From Candidatus Hydrogenedentota bacterium (GTDB taxonomy: Bacteria > Hydrogenedentota > Hydrogenedentia > Hydrogenedentales > JAEUWI01): DNA of 64,000 nucleotides. Shown here in pieces: positions 47,648-58,084 of the stretch (position 1 is its first letter; each line of letters starts with the position of its first letter). The notes below the pieces were generated by a model. The model worked only from the letters and a program-made list of their open reading frames with translations, ran no database searches and was not told the origin of the DNA. The stretch spans positions 1 to 64,000 of the forward strand of contig JAXMOL010000007.1 of the NCBI GenBank assembly GCA_034669905.1, in the 5' to 3' direction. Both the position numbers and the translations under genes were made by a program.

Positions 47648-49792
47648 CTACTGAAAACGCAGGGCGTAGAGGTCGGCGTCGAAGAGTACGAAGCGCAGCT
47701 TCACCGTTTTGCCCACCAGGGTGTTGAGTTCGGCCTTGCTGTTCCACGTAACCGGGCGGGATATATCGTCTCCGAAGATCTCATCGCATTCGTCCAAGGT
47801 ATAGCCCGGAATGGGAACGCCCTTTTCATCCTGGATCTCGCAGCGGATACTGCCGGCCGCCGAAGTGGCGTAGTTGATGCTCAGGGCGGTGTCCGAGGGG
47901 CCTTCGTTACCGGTCAGGTGAAGGGGGGTAGCCCCGCCGAAGCGATTGGCTACCCGACCACCATCGACCTGCTCGAAGTCGAAGAGCAGGTCATCCGTCG
48001 TACCTTCGAGGGCGTCCATCCCATCTGCGGCCAGTGTGGCCACCTCTTCCGCCGAAAGGGCGCGGCGCAATACCAGGATGTTGTCCATCGTGCCCAGGAA
48101 GGGCTCGTTGGCACGGTTGGTGGGGGCATAGTCTTCACCCACCAAGACGTCTCCATGGGCGAATTCGAGGGCGCCCCGACCGGCGGTCCCGCCCTGGCCG
48201 ACCAACTTGCCGTCGAGATAGAGGTGGACCACGCCATCATTCCACGTGGCGAGCAGGAGGTGGGGGTCGGTGTTGCCTGCCGCCTTGCTCCAATCGCTGA
48301 GCAAGCGCTTGTCGGCTTCGACGAGTTCTCCCTCCGCGCCAAAGCGCATGCCAATCTTCGAAATGCTGGGGTCGAAGTCAAACCACATTTCGCCCTGGGT
48401 GCTCTTCACGCTGCCGCCGTTATAGGCCGAGAAGAGACGTCGGTGTCCTTTGGGGACATCCCGCACGACTGCGGCAAAGGTGGCCTGCTTACCGAGAGAT
48501 TGGGTGCCAGGAAGGGAGAGGGTGGTTGCCCGATCGAAATGCAGGGCCTGTTTCCCGTCAATGGCCGCTTCCGTCAGGGTGACCGTTTTGGGGCGCTCCA
48601 GGGTGATGGTGGCCGTGGGGTCATCGGAGAAAACCAGGGGTTTGGTGACGAACTCACCGGTTTCGCCCCCCGCGTGGATAGAGACGAAACCGTCCTGGCG
48701 AATGGTGTGACGACGCAGGTTGCAGGGCCCTACATAGTAGCCCTCGGTGGAGTAGAGGGAAATTTCGTCGGGCGTTCCCGGCAGCGTGCCTTTCGTAAAG
48801 AGCATGCCCCAGGCCGTCATGTTGTTGCGGTTGACCCAGCGGCTGTCCTGCGCACCGGGACGAATGAAGGCTTCCCGCCACCGGTCCCAATGGTTGCCAT
48901 CGCGGCTGGTCATGAAGACACCATCGGAGACACCGGGAATGGGGTGGACCCGGGTGTCGCGGCCGGGCACAAAGCGTTTGGGGAAGGCCATGAAGATATG
49001 GGGTGCACGGGGATAGGCCACGGTGGCATTCGTGTACAGGTGCTCATCGGGGGTGTCACCGAAATCGACCCACTGGGGGTCGGTCCAGTTGACGAAGTCT
49101 TTGGAGGTGCAGGTCATGATGTGGCGGACGCCGTCTTTGAAGCCCCGGTGAAAATCGACGTAGTGTCCCCGGACGTTGTCGTAGAAGGCAAGGTTTTGGG
49201 AGTCGAAGGCCCCTTTCGTAATCACCGGCGTTTCACTCACGAGCTTCCAGTGGATGGCATCGGGTGAGGTAAACGCGACAAGTCCGCCTTTCTCGCCGCT
49301 CGCGAGGGCCTTGTATTGGGCCTCGGGCTTGCAGTCGGGATTGGTATCCTTGAAGGGTGCAAAATTGTGGACGCCAATGCCTTCCCAGATGATGTTGTTG
49401 GCCGTAGAGCCTTCGAATTCGATGATACCCAGCTCTGGCTTGGTCCAGGTGATCCCATCCTGGCTCTCGGCATAACACACATATTCCGGCGTGTAGGAGC
49501 CATCCTCCGGGTTGTAACCCGCGCCGCGGAAATACATGCGAAAGCGGTCATCATCTTCGAAGACGGTCACGTAACAACTCGTATTGCCTTCCCAGGGGGC
49601 GTCGAAGGTGATGGCGACGTTCTGCGGCGTGGGTTGGTGCAAACGCTGCTCCAGGCCTTCCATCGAATCAATCAAGTAGTCATCGACCAGGGGCTCCAGG
49701 CGGGAGCCGATGTCCAGGGGAGCGGTCAGCGCGACCGGGGCGACCAACAGGAAGGTAAGGAGCGCACAGCGCTTGAGCACCAGAAAATTCAT
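47648..49792 (-). CDS. Secreted five-bladed beta-propeller glycoside-hydrolase-like protein with an inserted LamG domain
   Basis: Signal peptide; YAESQDGITWTKP, SPDAIHW, FDSQN, SRDGNHW; LamG-like LYLDG...FLGTMDNILV..RALSAEEV. Confidence 0.75.
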   Translation of the reverse strand: MNFLVLKRCALLTFLLVAPVALTAPLDIGSRLEPLVDDYLIDSMEGLEQRLHQPTPQNVAITFDAPWEGNTSCYVTVFEDDDRFRMYFRGAGYNPEDGSYTPEYVCYAESQDGITWTKPELGIIEFEGSTANNIIWEGIGVHNFAPFKDTNPDCKPEAQYKALASGEKGGLVAFTSPDAIHWKLVSETPVITKGAFDSQNLAFYDNVRGHYVDFHRGFKDGVRHIMTCTSKDFVNWTDPQWVDFGDTPDEHLYTNATVAYPRAPHIFMAFPKRFVPGRDTRVHPIPGVSDGVFMTSRDGNHWDRWREAFIRPGAQDSRWVNRNNMTAWGMLFTKGTLPGTPDEISLYSTEGYYVGPCNLRRHTIRQDGFVSIHAGGETGEFVTKPLVFSDDPTATITLERPKTVTLTEAAIDGKQALHFDRATTLSLPGTQSLGKQATFAAVVRDVPKGHRRLFSAYNGGSVKSTQGEMWFDFDPSISKIGMRFGAEGELVEADKRLLSDWSKAAGNTDPHLLLATWNDGVVHLYLDGKLVGQGGTAGRGALEFAHGDVLVGEDYAPTNRANEPFLGTMDNILVLRRALSAEEVATLAADGMDALEGTTDDLLFDFEQVDGGRVANRFGGATPLHLTGNEGPSDTALSINYATSAAGSIRCEIQDEKGVPIPGYTLDECDEIFGDDISRPVTWNSKAELNTLVGKTVKLRFVLFDADLYALRFQ

Positions 49793-49956
49793 GGGGGTTT
49801 CCTTCTAAGCGGGTTGAGAGTTGTTATAACCAATTATGGTAGCCGCCAGCGCGGCAGGTGTCAAGGGGCCCCGTTACAAAGGGGTTACGGTCGTGCGATG
49901 AAGGGGCCGCTATACTGACGATAGACCAGCAACCCTACCCGAGAAAGGGGCTTTCC

Positions 49957-51510
49957 ATGATTGACCTGAAACGCGTCGTTACCCTGTGGGCCATCGTGCT
50001 CTTCGTGACCCCTCCTGCGCAGGGAGAAAATTCCGGAAAAATTGTTTCCGCCGGGCTCTTCAAGAATGGCCTCGTGATGATCGAGCGGGCCTACAACGTG
50101 CCGGGGCCGGGACATCACGAGTTTGTGGGGACCCTTTCGGCGGTGCATGGGACCCTCTCGATTACGGGGCCTGACGGATTACGGGTGCGCACGGGAACCC
50201 GCGAGGTCACCGTGGCGGCCGAAGAATTGCCCCCTGGCGGACCTGCTACGCTGATTGGGAATACCGTGGAGCTTCGTTTTCGCGATGGGACACGGGAGCC
50301 GGTATTCGGGACCTTGCTGGCAACGCCAGGCGGAGCAGTATCACGCGGAGACGATGGGGCCTTGCCTCATTCTTCGGCGCACGGTTTTTACGTGTTGGCG
50401 CTGGAGGGGGGACACCGGCGCTATATTGACCCCTCGACGGTCATAGAAATTGTGACTGGCGGGAAAGCACTGGTGTTGCCAGAAGGGAAACGGACCGAGC
50501 ATGTGCTTAGCTTTGACGTGCCCGATTCCCACGTGGGGTCAGCGACCATCTCCGTGTCCTATTTGACCCGGGGCATGGCGTGGGCACCCAGCTATAGCCT
50601 CGACACCAGTAACCCGAAGCGCCTCCGTATTACCCAGACGGCGGTAGTGCGCAATGAGCTGGAAGACCTGGATGATGCGGAACTGTCCCTCATATCCGGT
50701 TATCCCAGCGTGGAGCACGACCACGTGACTTCGCCGCTTTCCACGACGAGCACCTGGCAATCCTTCTTTCAGCAGCTGCAGCAGGGCGAATCGCCTCCGG
50801 CCGGATTTACCAATCAGATAACCAGCATTTCAAACGTCTCCACCCTCTTTTCCGCCGTTCCGCAGGGGGCCATGGGCACGGAGAATACTTCAGAAGGCCC
50901 CGATATCCACTATCAGCCCATCGGTAAGGTCTCTCTGAAACGCCAGGAAGCCATGACCCTGACGCTGGCCTCAGCGGAAGTCGCCTACGACGGGGTCGTC
51001 GAATGGAACGTGCGGCCTTCCGATCGGGAAGGGGAGGTGGCGGATGTCTGGGAGGCCCTACGGTTCAAGAATCCCTTTGCGTTCCCCATGACCACGGGAC
51101 CGGCCATGGTGGTATCCCAGGGCAAATTCCTCGGTTCTCGGACCAGCAACTGGGTGAGCGTCGGGGGCGAGGCCATGGTGTATGTGACCCGGGCGCTCAG
51201 TGTGCAGGTGGGGGTGTCGGAAGAGGAAGTGGGCGAGCGCACGGAGTTTTCCCTGGCCCGTCGGCACTACACCCAGAGTACCCTGGAGGGGACGATTCAA
51301 ATGCGGAACCTGCGGTCAGAGGCCCTGACGCTGATAGTGCGCAAGGAAGTCTCTGGTGCGCTGCTCGACGTGGAGGGTGCGCCGCAGCAGGTCGTGGGGA
51401 GTGCCGGGCCGGGACAATTGAATCCCAGCACCGAGCTCACGTGGAACCTGGAGTTGCTGCCCGGCGAAGCGAAAAGTCTGCGCTACCGCTACACCTTTCT
51501 CCGAGACTGA
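49957..51510 (+). CDS. Secreted DUF4139/DUF4140-like protein
   Basis: Signal peptide; LFKNG, SYLTRGMAWAPSY, LTWNLELLPGEAKSLRYRY. Confidence 0.65.
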   Translation: MIDLKRVVTLWAIVLFVTPPAQGENSGKIVSAGLFKNGLVMIERAYNVPGPGHHEFVGTLSAVHGTLSITGPDGLRVRTGTREVTVAAEELPPGGPATLIGNTVELRFRDGTREPVFGTLLATPGGAVSRGDDGALPHSSAHGFYVLALEGGHRRYIDPSTVIEIVTGGKALVLPEGKRTEHVLSFDVPDSHVGSATISVSYLTRGMAWAPSYSLDTSNPKRLRITQTAVVRNELEDLDDAELSLISGYPSVEHDHVTSPLSTTSTWQSFFQQLQQGESPPAGFTNQITSISNVSTLFSAVPQGAMGTENTSEGPDIHYQPIGKVSLKRQEAMTLTLASAEVAYDGVVEWNVRPSDREGEVADVWEALRFKNPFAFPMTTGPAMVVSQGKFLGSRTSNWVSVGGEAMVYVTRALSVQVGVSEEEVGERTEFSLARRHYTQSTLEGTIQMRNLRSEALTLIVRKEVSGALLDVEGAPQQVVGSAGPGQLNPSTELTWNLELLPGEAKSLRYRYTFLRD

Positions 51511-51573
51511 GCAAGGCGTGCGCCGCAGCGACCGGAATCACTGCGGCGCACGGGATTCTCTCCCAGAGAATAG

Positions 51574-54500
51574 CTATTCGTGGAGTGACACGCCGATATC
51601 ACCCCCCGCTTCATGGGCGGTGACCACATCGGGAAGCGCATCGCCGTTGAGGTCACCCAGAACCAGGTCGACGGGCTGTTGGCCAGCGCCATAAGCATCC
51701 CCATCGGCGAAGGTCCCGTCGCCCCTGCCCACATAGACTTCAAAGGAATTGTTCAGTTCATTGCCGACGATGGCATCAGGTCGGCCGTCGTCATTCACGT
51801 CATAGAGCGAAACGGTGGTGGGGCGGGGGAGTACATCCCGCTGAAGCGTGGCCGCCAGCGTACCGTCCCCGTTGCCCAGGGCAATCAACAGGTCCGCCGC
51901 AGACGAAGCCACCATAGCCACGTCGGGATTTCCGTCGTTATTCACATCGCCAATGGCCAATCCCATGGGGCCACCAGGGATCCCCAACATGGACGGTTCC
52001 GTGAAAGTACCGTCGCCATTTCCAGGTGCAATGTAGATCCCGGCGAAGGCACCTACCACCGCATCCAGCGACTCATCGCCGTTCATGTCGACGAGGATGA
52101 TATCCATCGCATTGGGGGCGCCGACGAATGCTAACGAATCTGCAAAGGTGCCATCTCCGTTGCCCAACCGCACGGTGAGGTCGGTCGATTGCGAGAACCG
52201 TTCTACCGATACCAGATCGAGTTCACCATCACCATCGATATCACCCAGTGCCAGGACGGCGAGCCCCGTGCCCACGGTGATCGGGGTCGTGCTGGAAAAG
52301 CCGCCCATACCATCGGAGAGGAGGACGTCCACCGCGCCATCACAACAGCGGGAGACGAGGGCATCGGCCAGGGTATCGCCATTCAAATCCCCTGTCGCCA
52401 AATCTACGGGTTCGCTGGCCACCGTCGTTTCCACGCTATCCATGAATTGACCATCGCCACCGCCAAGTAGTACCGACAGGCTGTACATGGGTGAACTGGA
52501 GTTGTCACCGTTCAACACGACGGCATCCAGATTGGCGTCACTGTCCATATGGTTGAGTTCCACCCGGAAAGGCCGTGCACCCACTGCATAACGGCCGTCG
52601 TCAAAGACGCCATCCGCGGAGGCCAGGAAAATGGACACGTCGTCACTCTGGGTGTTGACGAGGGCGAGGTCGAGACTGCCGTCGTCGTTCAGATCGGCGG
52701 GCACGACCCGGTCCGGGAATTGGGCCCCATCCAGGACATCGCCCAGGGTGAAGGTGCCATCTCCCGCGCCGTTCAGAATTTGCACCCCGAATTGCTGACC
52801 GATGAACGAAACAAGGAGGTCCAGGTTTCCGTCTTCGTCCAGATCGACGGATTCCAGGAAATTTACCGAAGGCAGGGGGATATCCGAATCCAGGGTGAAG
52901 GTGCCATCGCCGTTGCCGGAGTAGATGCCCACGATATCGCCCGACAAACCGCCGCGGTTTGCTGCGATGTCCATCGTGCCATTCTTGTCGAAGTCACCGG
53001 TGGCCAACGCATCGGTACCACTACCGGTGCTGAAGACCATTTGCGCTCCGAAGGTACCGTCGCCGGCGCCGAGCAAGACGGAGACCGTGCCGCCAAAGCT
53101 GCCACTGTTGGCTGCAGCCAGATCCGGCACGTTGTCGCCATTGAAATCAGCGGCCCGGAGGAAGCGGGGCGTGTCTCCCACGGTATAGTGCACGGCCGTA
53201 TCGAAGGTGCCGTCGCCATTGCCGAGGAAGATGGACACGTCATCGGTCGCCGTGTTGGGCGTAGCCACATCCAGCTGGTCGTCGCCATTGAAGTCTGCGG
53301 CGACCACCGATTGGGGTGAGATGCCCGACGCATATTCAGTGGGGGCGCCAAAACTGCCCTGCCCATTGCCGGGCACAAAGGAAATGCTGTTGCCGAAGAG
53401 ATTGGCCGTAACGACGTCCATCGCGCCATCTTCATTGAAGTCCCCGGCCACAATGGCATCGGGATTGATGCCAATCCCGAAGTTGGGGTCGGTACCGATC
53501 AGGATGTCCGTGCGCAAGGCAAAGCTACCGTCGCCCTGCCCCAGGGCCAGGCTGAGTGTATCGGGCACCTCATTGGCCGTAATCACATCCAGGATGTCAT
53601 CGCCATTGAAGTCCGCCACCGCCAGATCGCCGGGCGTCGTGTCCACCTGTATCCGTTTCCGTGGGTAGAGCACCGCTATGGCGGGGTTCACGGTGATCAT
53701 TCCCACATCGGTGGTGCCTTCAATCACGGGAGACGTCGCTTCAGAGCGCCCAGACAGGGATTCTGTTTCGTCTTCAAAGGTGGCTGTCACGGTGATGCTT
53801 TCGTAGTTGCTCAGCGTGACCGCGAAGGAGAAGGCACCTGTTTCATCGGTTATCCCTTCGCCACCCTGGTCACTGATGACGGTGGCACCTGCGAGGGCAT
53901 CTCCCGTGCTCCGGTTGACCGTGCCCAACACCGTGGTCATGGCATCCGAGGGGATGTATTCGAGTGTGCCCGCGTCGGTGAGTCCATCAACAACGACGGC
54001 CAGCACATCGGAATTAAAGGCGTCGTCCTCCACCTGAATATTCAACGTCACACCGGCGGTGCCCGTGGGGAGAATGAGGTTGAGGGTAAAGGAGCCGGTT
54101 TCGTCGGTGATGGCTTCGCCACCCAGCGCCGTCGTGACGATCGCACCGACGACCGGGTCGCCGTTGAAGTCCAGCACCTGTCCTTCCACGGTCGTGGAGA
54201 AGAGGTCGTTGGACACGGTGACGCGGCGCACCGCGGTGGCGCTGAAATTGGTGGCCGTGACGTAGGCGGTACCTGTCGAGACCCCGCTCAGGAGGCCATC
54301 GCCACTGACGTTGATGATATCCGGGTTACTCACCCGATAGGTCGTGCCATCGGCCGCACTGCTCAGGTCGACCGGGTCTCCATTGAAGAACGTACCCGTT
54401 ACCCGAAGTTGGCTCGTACCATTTTCCGGAATCGCCAGGGCGGTAGCGCTCAGGGCCACCGTCTGCGGGAAGGGCGGGACCTCGTCACTGAAGGTCAGGC

Positions 54501-57500
54501 TGTCGAATTCGAGGGCGAAGGGTTCCCCGTTGCGGATTTGGAAGGGCGTGCTGTACACATAGCGGGTGCCCGTCTCGGTTTCCTTAAAGCCCAGTAGATG
54601 GAGAATGTCATCGCCGATAAAGTCAGGCGCCGTACCGGGGCCTCCCGGACCAAACTCATCGGGGATAGTGATATTGCCAAAGTCGACCAGACCAAACTCA
54701 TCGGCCAGCGAGATCTGGTTACTCACCATGACGGTGAATCCCGCGAGTTCCGTCGATGTCAACGTGTCAAGCGCACTTTCCGAATCGCTGATAATCTCCT
54801 GAATGCTGGTATCAAACGATGGCGCGTTGATGATCGCCAGGATGGCTTCATCGGTATCGTCGATGGTTTCAACCATCGCTGGCAGGTCCGCAAAGAGCCG
54901 GTCCAGTTCGGCGAGCTGTTCGTCGCTTAGTGGATGTTCCCCCTTATTGCTCACGATGGCACCAAAGGCGAAGATGTCGGACATGCTCTGGAGTGCGGCA
55001 CAGGTCGCGGCGAGGGCGGCTTTCTTCGGGTCGGCGTTGGCCGCCAGATCAATAAATGGATTGGCAAGATTATTGAGGGAATCAATGGTTTTCAGGACGA
55101 CTTCGCCGCTGGTGCCGAGAAAGCAATCGTTGGCGCGTCCAAAGGCTAGCGCCCTGGAGAGTGCATCAGAAAGAATCTTTGCCTTGCTGGCCCATTCAAA
55201 AGGGTTCAAGGGCAGGAATACATCCAGGCAGTTGTTGGCAATGACTTTGAGTGATTTTACGCAGGCGAAGGATTTTGAAAGGGCATCGGGCAATTGGCTT
55301 GATGTGCTGTCGAGATCGCGAAACGCCACATAGGCATCGTAGCAATCTGGCCCCCGAAAGATGATGTCGGAGCCGCAGGCGATAATCTTGGTAATCTTGT
55401 TCACGTCTTTGACCAGTGCGATAAGAAATCGAACACTCTCCTTCAAGAGCGCACCGAGATTGGCTTCACAGGATTTTACCTCTCCGGTGACCGAGTACGG
55501 GGGGCAGTTGCCGCCCCATCCCGCTACGCTGATGCCTGAGCCCCGGTCGGTAACGATTTCCGAAGCATCGTCGGAAACCGCCCCCGTGCCCACGACTTCA
55601 AAGGCACCGGTGTCGTGGTTAAAGCTGAGGAAGAAACTGGCCGTGCCTGCGGCCAGGCCCGCCATGTTGGGATAGACGATTTCCACGGGCGGGTCGAAGG
55701 TCGCTCCCGACGGCTGGAGGGTCCATGCGAAGGGCGAGGCCACCCCGTTGGGTAGTGGCATGGGGATGTCATCGGTCTGCACCTGATTCAAGGCGAGGGT
55801 CGCGGGATTCGACGGGCTGGGTTCGGATCCGTCCGGGTAGCGCATGGAGCCGGCCCGTACGATCATGCGGAGTCCTTCAATGCCGGCCACGGTAAGTTCC
55901 ACATCGGCGGTGCCGTCATAGCTCCGCGCGTTGGTGGGGTCGAGCATGGGCAGGAGTACGGGGGAGGGCAAAGAATTGGCCGCGTTGGCCACCACGGTGA
56001 CGGCGACCTCCAGATCCGGGAAGGAACCCGCATCCACTGTCGCTCCATTTAACTGTGTCGCCTGCAGTCCGCCCACATGGAGATGGCCCTGGCCCGCGGG
56101 GATGTCTTCAAAGATAAAACGTCCGTCGGCACCCGATACCACGCTGGGCACGGCCTCGCCATTGACTTCCAGCTCGCACGGTGCCCCACCCACGGGTAAG
56201 CTGGCATTGTCCAATACGATGCCCGAGAGGGTCGTTGTCATTCCATCGGTAGCGGCGACCGCAAAGGCTTCGAAGAACACCGGTGCACCCATGTTGTCGT
56301 CGAATTCCGCGACCACCATTTGCTCACCGGCATTTTCGCCCATGACCCACGCCACCTCGGCAATCCCATTGGCATCGCTTTCCACCGTGGCCACGATCTG
56401 ATCGTTGACCTGGCCGCCACCCACCATGGCCATAAAATCTACCATGACCCCGGCGACGCCGTTGTCCCCATCACTCACCCGCACCCGAAGCCGATCAGGG
56501 GCCATACCGCCTGTGGCCGCCCGCTGATTGTTGCCCATGACCAGGTTGAGTTGATTCGGCGCGCCATGTTCGGCGGAGGCGCAGAAGGTGACTTCGCTTC
56601 CCGAGAGCTCGTCGCGTACGCGAACCCGGTTGTTGCCGCACCCGGCATCGGCTCCCAGCTTCCAATACACTTGCGCCAGGCCCGCCGCGTCCGTGTTCTG
56701 GGAAAGTTGCAGCGCGGGGTCGTCGAAGGCGGCAGTCCTGTCCAGGAGGCCGTCACTGCGGACCACCCGAAAGGAGAGGACCCGCCCGACGATAGGGGCA
56801 CCGTTTTCGTCCTGCAAGGTCACCTGGATGGGAGCCTCCAGGGCGGTGCGGACCATGCCGCTTTGTCCATTGCCCGCCGTAACGTTGAGGCGGTCCCCGG
56901 TTGGCGCCACCCGCGTGACCGTAATGGTATCGGTGCGGCTGTTTCCTGCCCCATCCGTCGCCACGACCTCGAGGATGTTGTCACCCAGGACCAGGGGGAC
57001 CGATGGAATTTCAAAGGTGCCGCTCGTGCCGACGCCCGAAGCGACGTTGCCCGTGAGACCGCTGAGGGAAACGGTCAATCCGTCGAAGCCACTGAGCATG
57101 TCGGCCACACGCCCGGCGACGGTGAGAGAGTCTTCGGTAATCTGCATGCCATCTGCGGGAAAATCGATGAACACGTTGGGTGCCTGATTATCCTGTGAAA
57201 TCTCCTCCGGAACGGGCGGACTGCTGAGGCCGTTCAACGTCGCCGTCAGGAAAAGGCGGGAAATCCGATTGGGTGCGATGGCCACCGCCACGCTGAACGC
57301 CCCTTCGGCATCGGCGGTCGTCGTAACGTTGGCCACTCCGCCAGTTATCAACAGGGAAGCCTCCGCCGTCGTCGTTCCGGTCAGCGTCACGGCAGACCCG
57401 GTGACGGGCCCGGTGGGTGCCACCACGCTGGGCATGACCGGGGGCACGGCCTCGATGGTGATGTAATCGGTCTGCGTTTCCGTGTCCGTCCCGACGGCCG

Positions 57501-57831
57501 TGGTGACCTGAAGAGAGACGGCGTAGGTGCCCGGGGTGCCGTAATCGTGCACGGGGTTCTGGGCCGTGCTCTCAAGGCCGTCGCCGAAGTCCCAGGCCCA
57601 CTGTGTGATTGCGGCGGTACCGGGGGTCGACTGATCGGTGAATTGGATGAGTGTCGGAGCGGGGCCGTTGGTTTCATCGGCCGTAAAGGCGGCGGTCGGT
57701 CCGGTGTCCATGGGCATCGGATCGGGGTCAGGATCGGGATCCGGGTCGGGTTCGGTCGGAATGAGACATCCCGCAATGGAGGCCGTGTAGACAAAGAGCA
57801 CCAAGAGTGAGGCAAGGCGATGAAAGGACAT
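51574..57831 (-). CDS. Giant lipoprotein (2085 aa): PKD, Ig-like and carboxypeptidase-regulatory-like domains, central helical domain, C-terminal FG-GAP/VCBS repeats
   Basis: Lipobox IAGC, (PD)n linker, WAWDFGDG PKD motif, more than 10 (A/G)DFNGD..D / GNGDGTF repeats. Confidence 0.88.
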   Translation of the reverse strand: MSFHRLASLLVLFVYTASIAGCLIPTEPDPDPDPDPDPMPMDTGPTAAFTADETNGPAPTLIQFTDQSTPGTAAITQWAWDFGDGLESTAQNPVHDYGTPGTYAVSLQVTTAVGTDTETQTDYITIEAVPPVMPSVVAPTGPVTGSAVTLTGTTTAEASLLITGGVANVTTTADAEGAFSVAVAIAPNRISRLFLTATLNGLSSPPVPEEISQDNQAPNVFIDFPADGMQITEDSLTVAGRVADMLSGFDGLTVSLSGLTGNVASGVGTSGTFEIPSVPLVLGDNILEVVATDGAGNSRTDTITVTRVAPTGDRLNVTAGNGQSGMVRTALEAPIQVTLQDENGAPIVGRVLSFRVVRSDGLLDRTAAFDDPALQLSQNTDAAGLAQVYWKLGADAGCGNNRVRVRDELSGSEVTFCASAEHGAPNQLNLVMGNNQRAATGGMAPDRLRVRVSDGDNGVAGVMVDFMAMVGGGQVNDQIVATVESDANGIAEVAWVMGENAGEQMVVAEFDDNMGAPVFFEAFAVAATDGMTTTLSGIVLDNASLPVGGAPCELEVNGEAVPSVVSGADGRFIFEDIPAGQGHLHVGGLQATQLNGATVDAGSFPDLEVAVTVVANAANSLPSPVLLPMLDPTNARSYDGTADVELTVAGIEGLRMIVRAGSMRYPDGSEPSPSNPATLALNQVQTDDIPMPLPNGVASPFAWTLQPSGATFDPPVEIVYPNMAGLAAGTASFFLSFNHDTGAFEVVGTGAVSDDASEIVTDRGSGISVAGWGGNCPPYSVTGEVKSCEANLGALLKESVRFLIALVKDVNKITKIIACGSDIIFRGPDCYDAYVAFRDLDSTSSQLPDALSKSFACVKSLKVIANNCLDVFLPLNPFEWASKAKILSDALSRALAFGRANDCFLGTSGEVVLKTIDSLNNLANPFIDLAANADPKKAALAATCAALQSMSDIFAFGAIVSNKGEHPLSDEQLAELDRLFADLPAMVETIDDTDEAILAIINAPSFDTSIQEIISDSESALDTLTSTELAGFTVMVSNQISLADEFGLVDFGNITIPDEFGPGGPGTAPDFIGDDILHLLGFKETETGTRYVYSTPFQIRNGEPFALEFDSLTFSDEVPPFPQTVALSATALAIPENGTSQLRVTGTFFNGDPVDLSSAADGTTYRVSNPDIINVSGDGLLSGVSTGTAYVTATNFSATAVRRVTVSNDLFSTTVEGQVLDFNGDPVVGAIVTTALGGEAITDETGSFTLNLILPTGTAGVTLNIQVEDDAFNSDVLAVVVDGLTDAGTLEYIPSDAMTTVLGTVNRSTGDALAGATVISDQGGEGITDETGAFSFAVTLSNYESITVTATFEDETESLSGRSEATSPVIEGTTDVGMITVNPAIAVLYPRKRIQVDTTPGDLAVADFNGDDILDVITANEVPDTLSLALGQGDGSFALRTDILIGTDPNFGIGINPDAIVAGDFNEDGAMDVVTANLFGNSISFVPGNGQGSFGAPTEYASGISPQSVVAADFNGDDQLDVATPNTATDDVSIFLGNGDGTFDTAVHYTVGDTPRFLRAADFNGDNVPDLAAANSGSFGGTVSVLLGAGDGTFGAQMVFSTGSGTDALATGDFDKNGTMDIAANRGGLSGDIVGIYSGNGDGTFTLDSDIPLPSVNFLESVDLDEDGNLDLLVSFIGQQFGVQILNGAGDGTFTLGDVLDGAQFPDRVVPADLNDDGSLDLALVNTQSDDVSIFLASADGVFDDGRYAVGARPFRVELNHMDSDANLDAVVLNGDNSSSPMYSLSVLLGGGDGQFMDSVETTVASEPVDLATGDLNGDTLADALVSRCCDGAVDVLLSDGMGGFSSTTPITVGTGLAVLALGDIDGDGELDLVSVERFSQSTDLTVRLGNGDGTFADSLAFVGAPNAMDIILVDMNGDESLDAVVGAFAGIYIAPGNGDGTFTEPSMLGIPGGPMGLAIGDVNNDGNPDVAMVASSAADLLIALGNGDGTLAATLQRDVLPRPTTVSLYDVNDDGRPDAIVGNELNNSFEVYVGRGDGTFADGDAYGAGQQPVDLVLGDLNGDALPDVVTAHEAGGDIGVSLHE

Positions 57832-58084
57832 TCCGCTTCTCCCGAATGGGGGTTGCGGCAGACACCGATTCGTACAGACAGCGAGCGACTACCGGATAGG
57901 TTGAGTCATTGCTTCTTTTCTGGCGCGCTCGATGAATCTAAGGAACGGTGCTCATCGACCACGTGCATCCACAGTGTACTGGGGAATGGGGATTTTGGCA
58001 ATTCCAGGCGTGAATTTCAGAGCGCAACGTTTCCGTACCGCGCATAACCGGTGCGAGTGTCTGTGAAAAGCTCGAATTAGCGTC

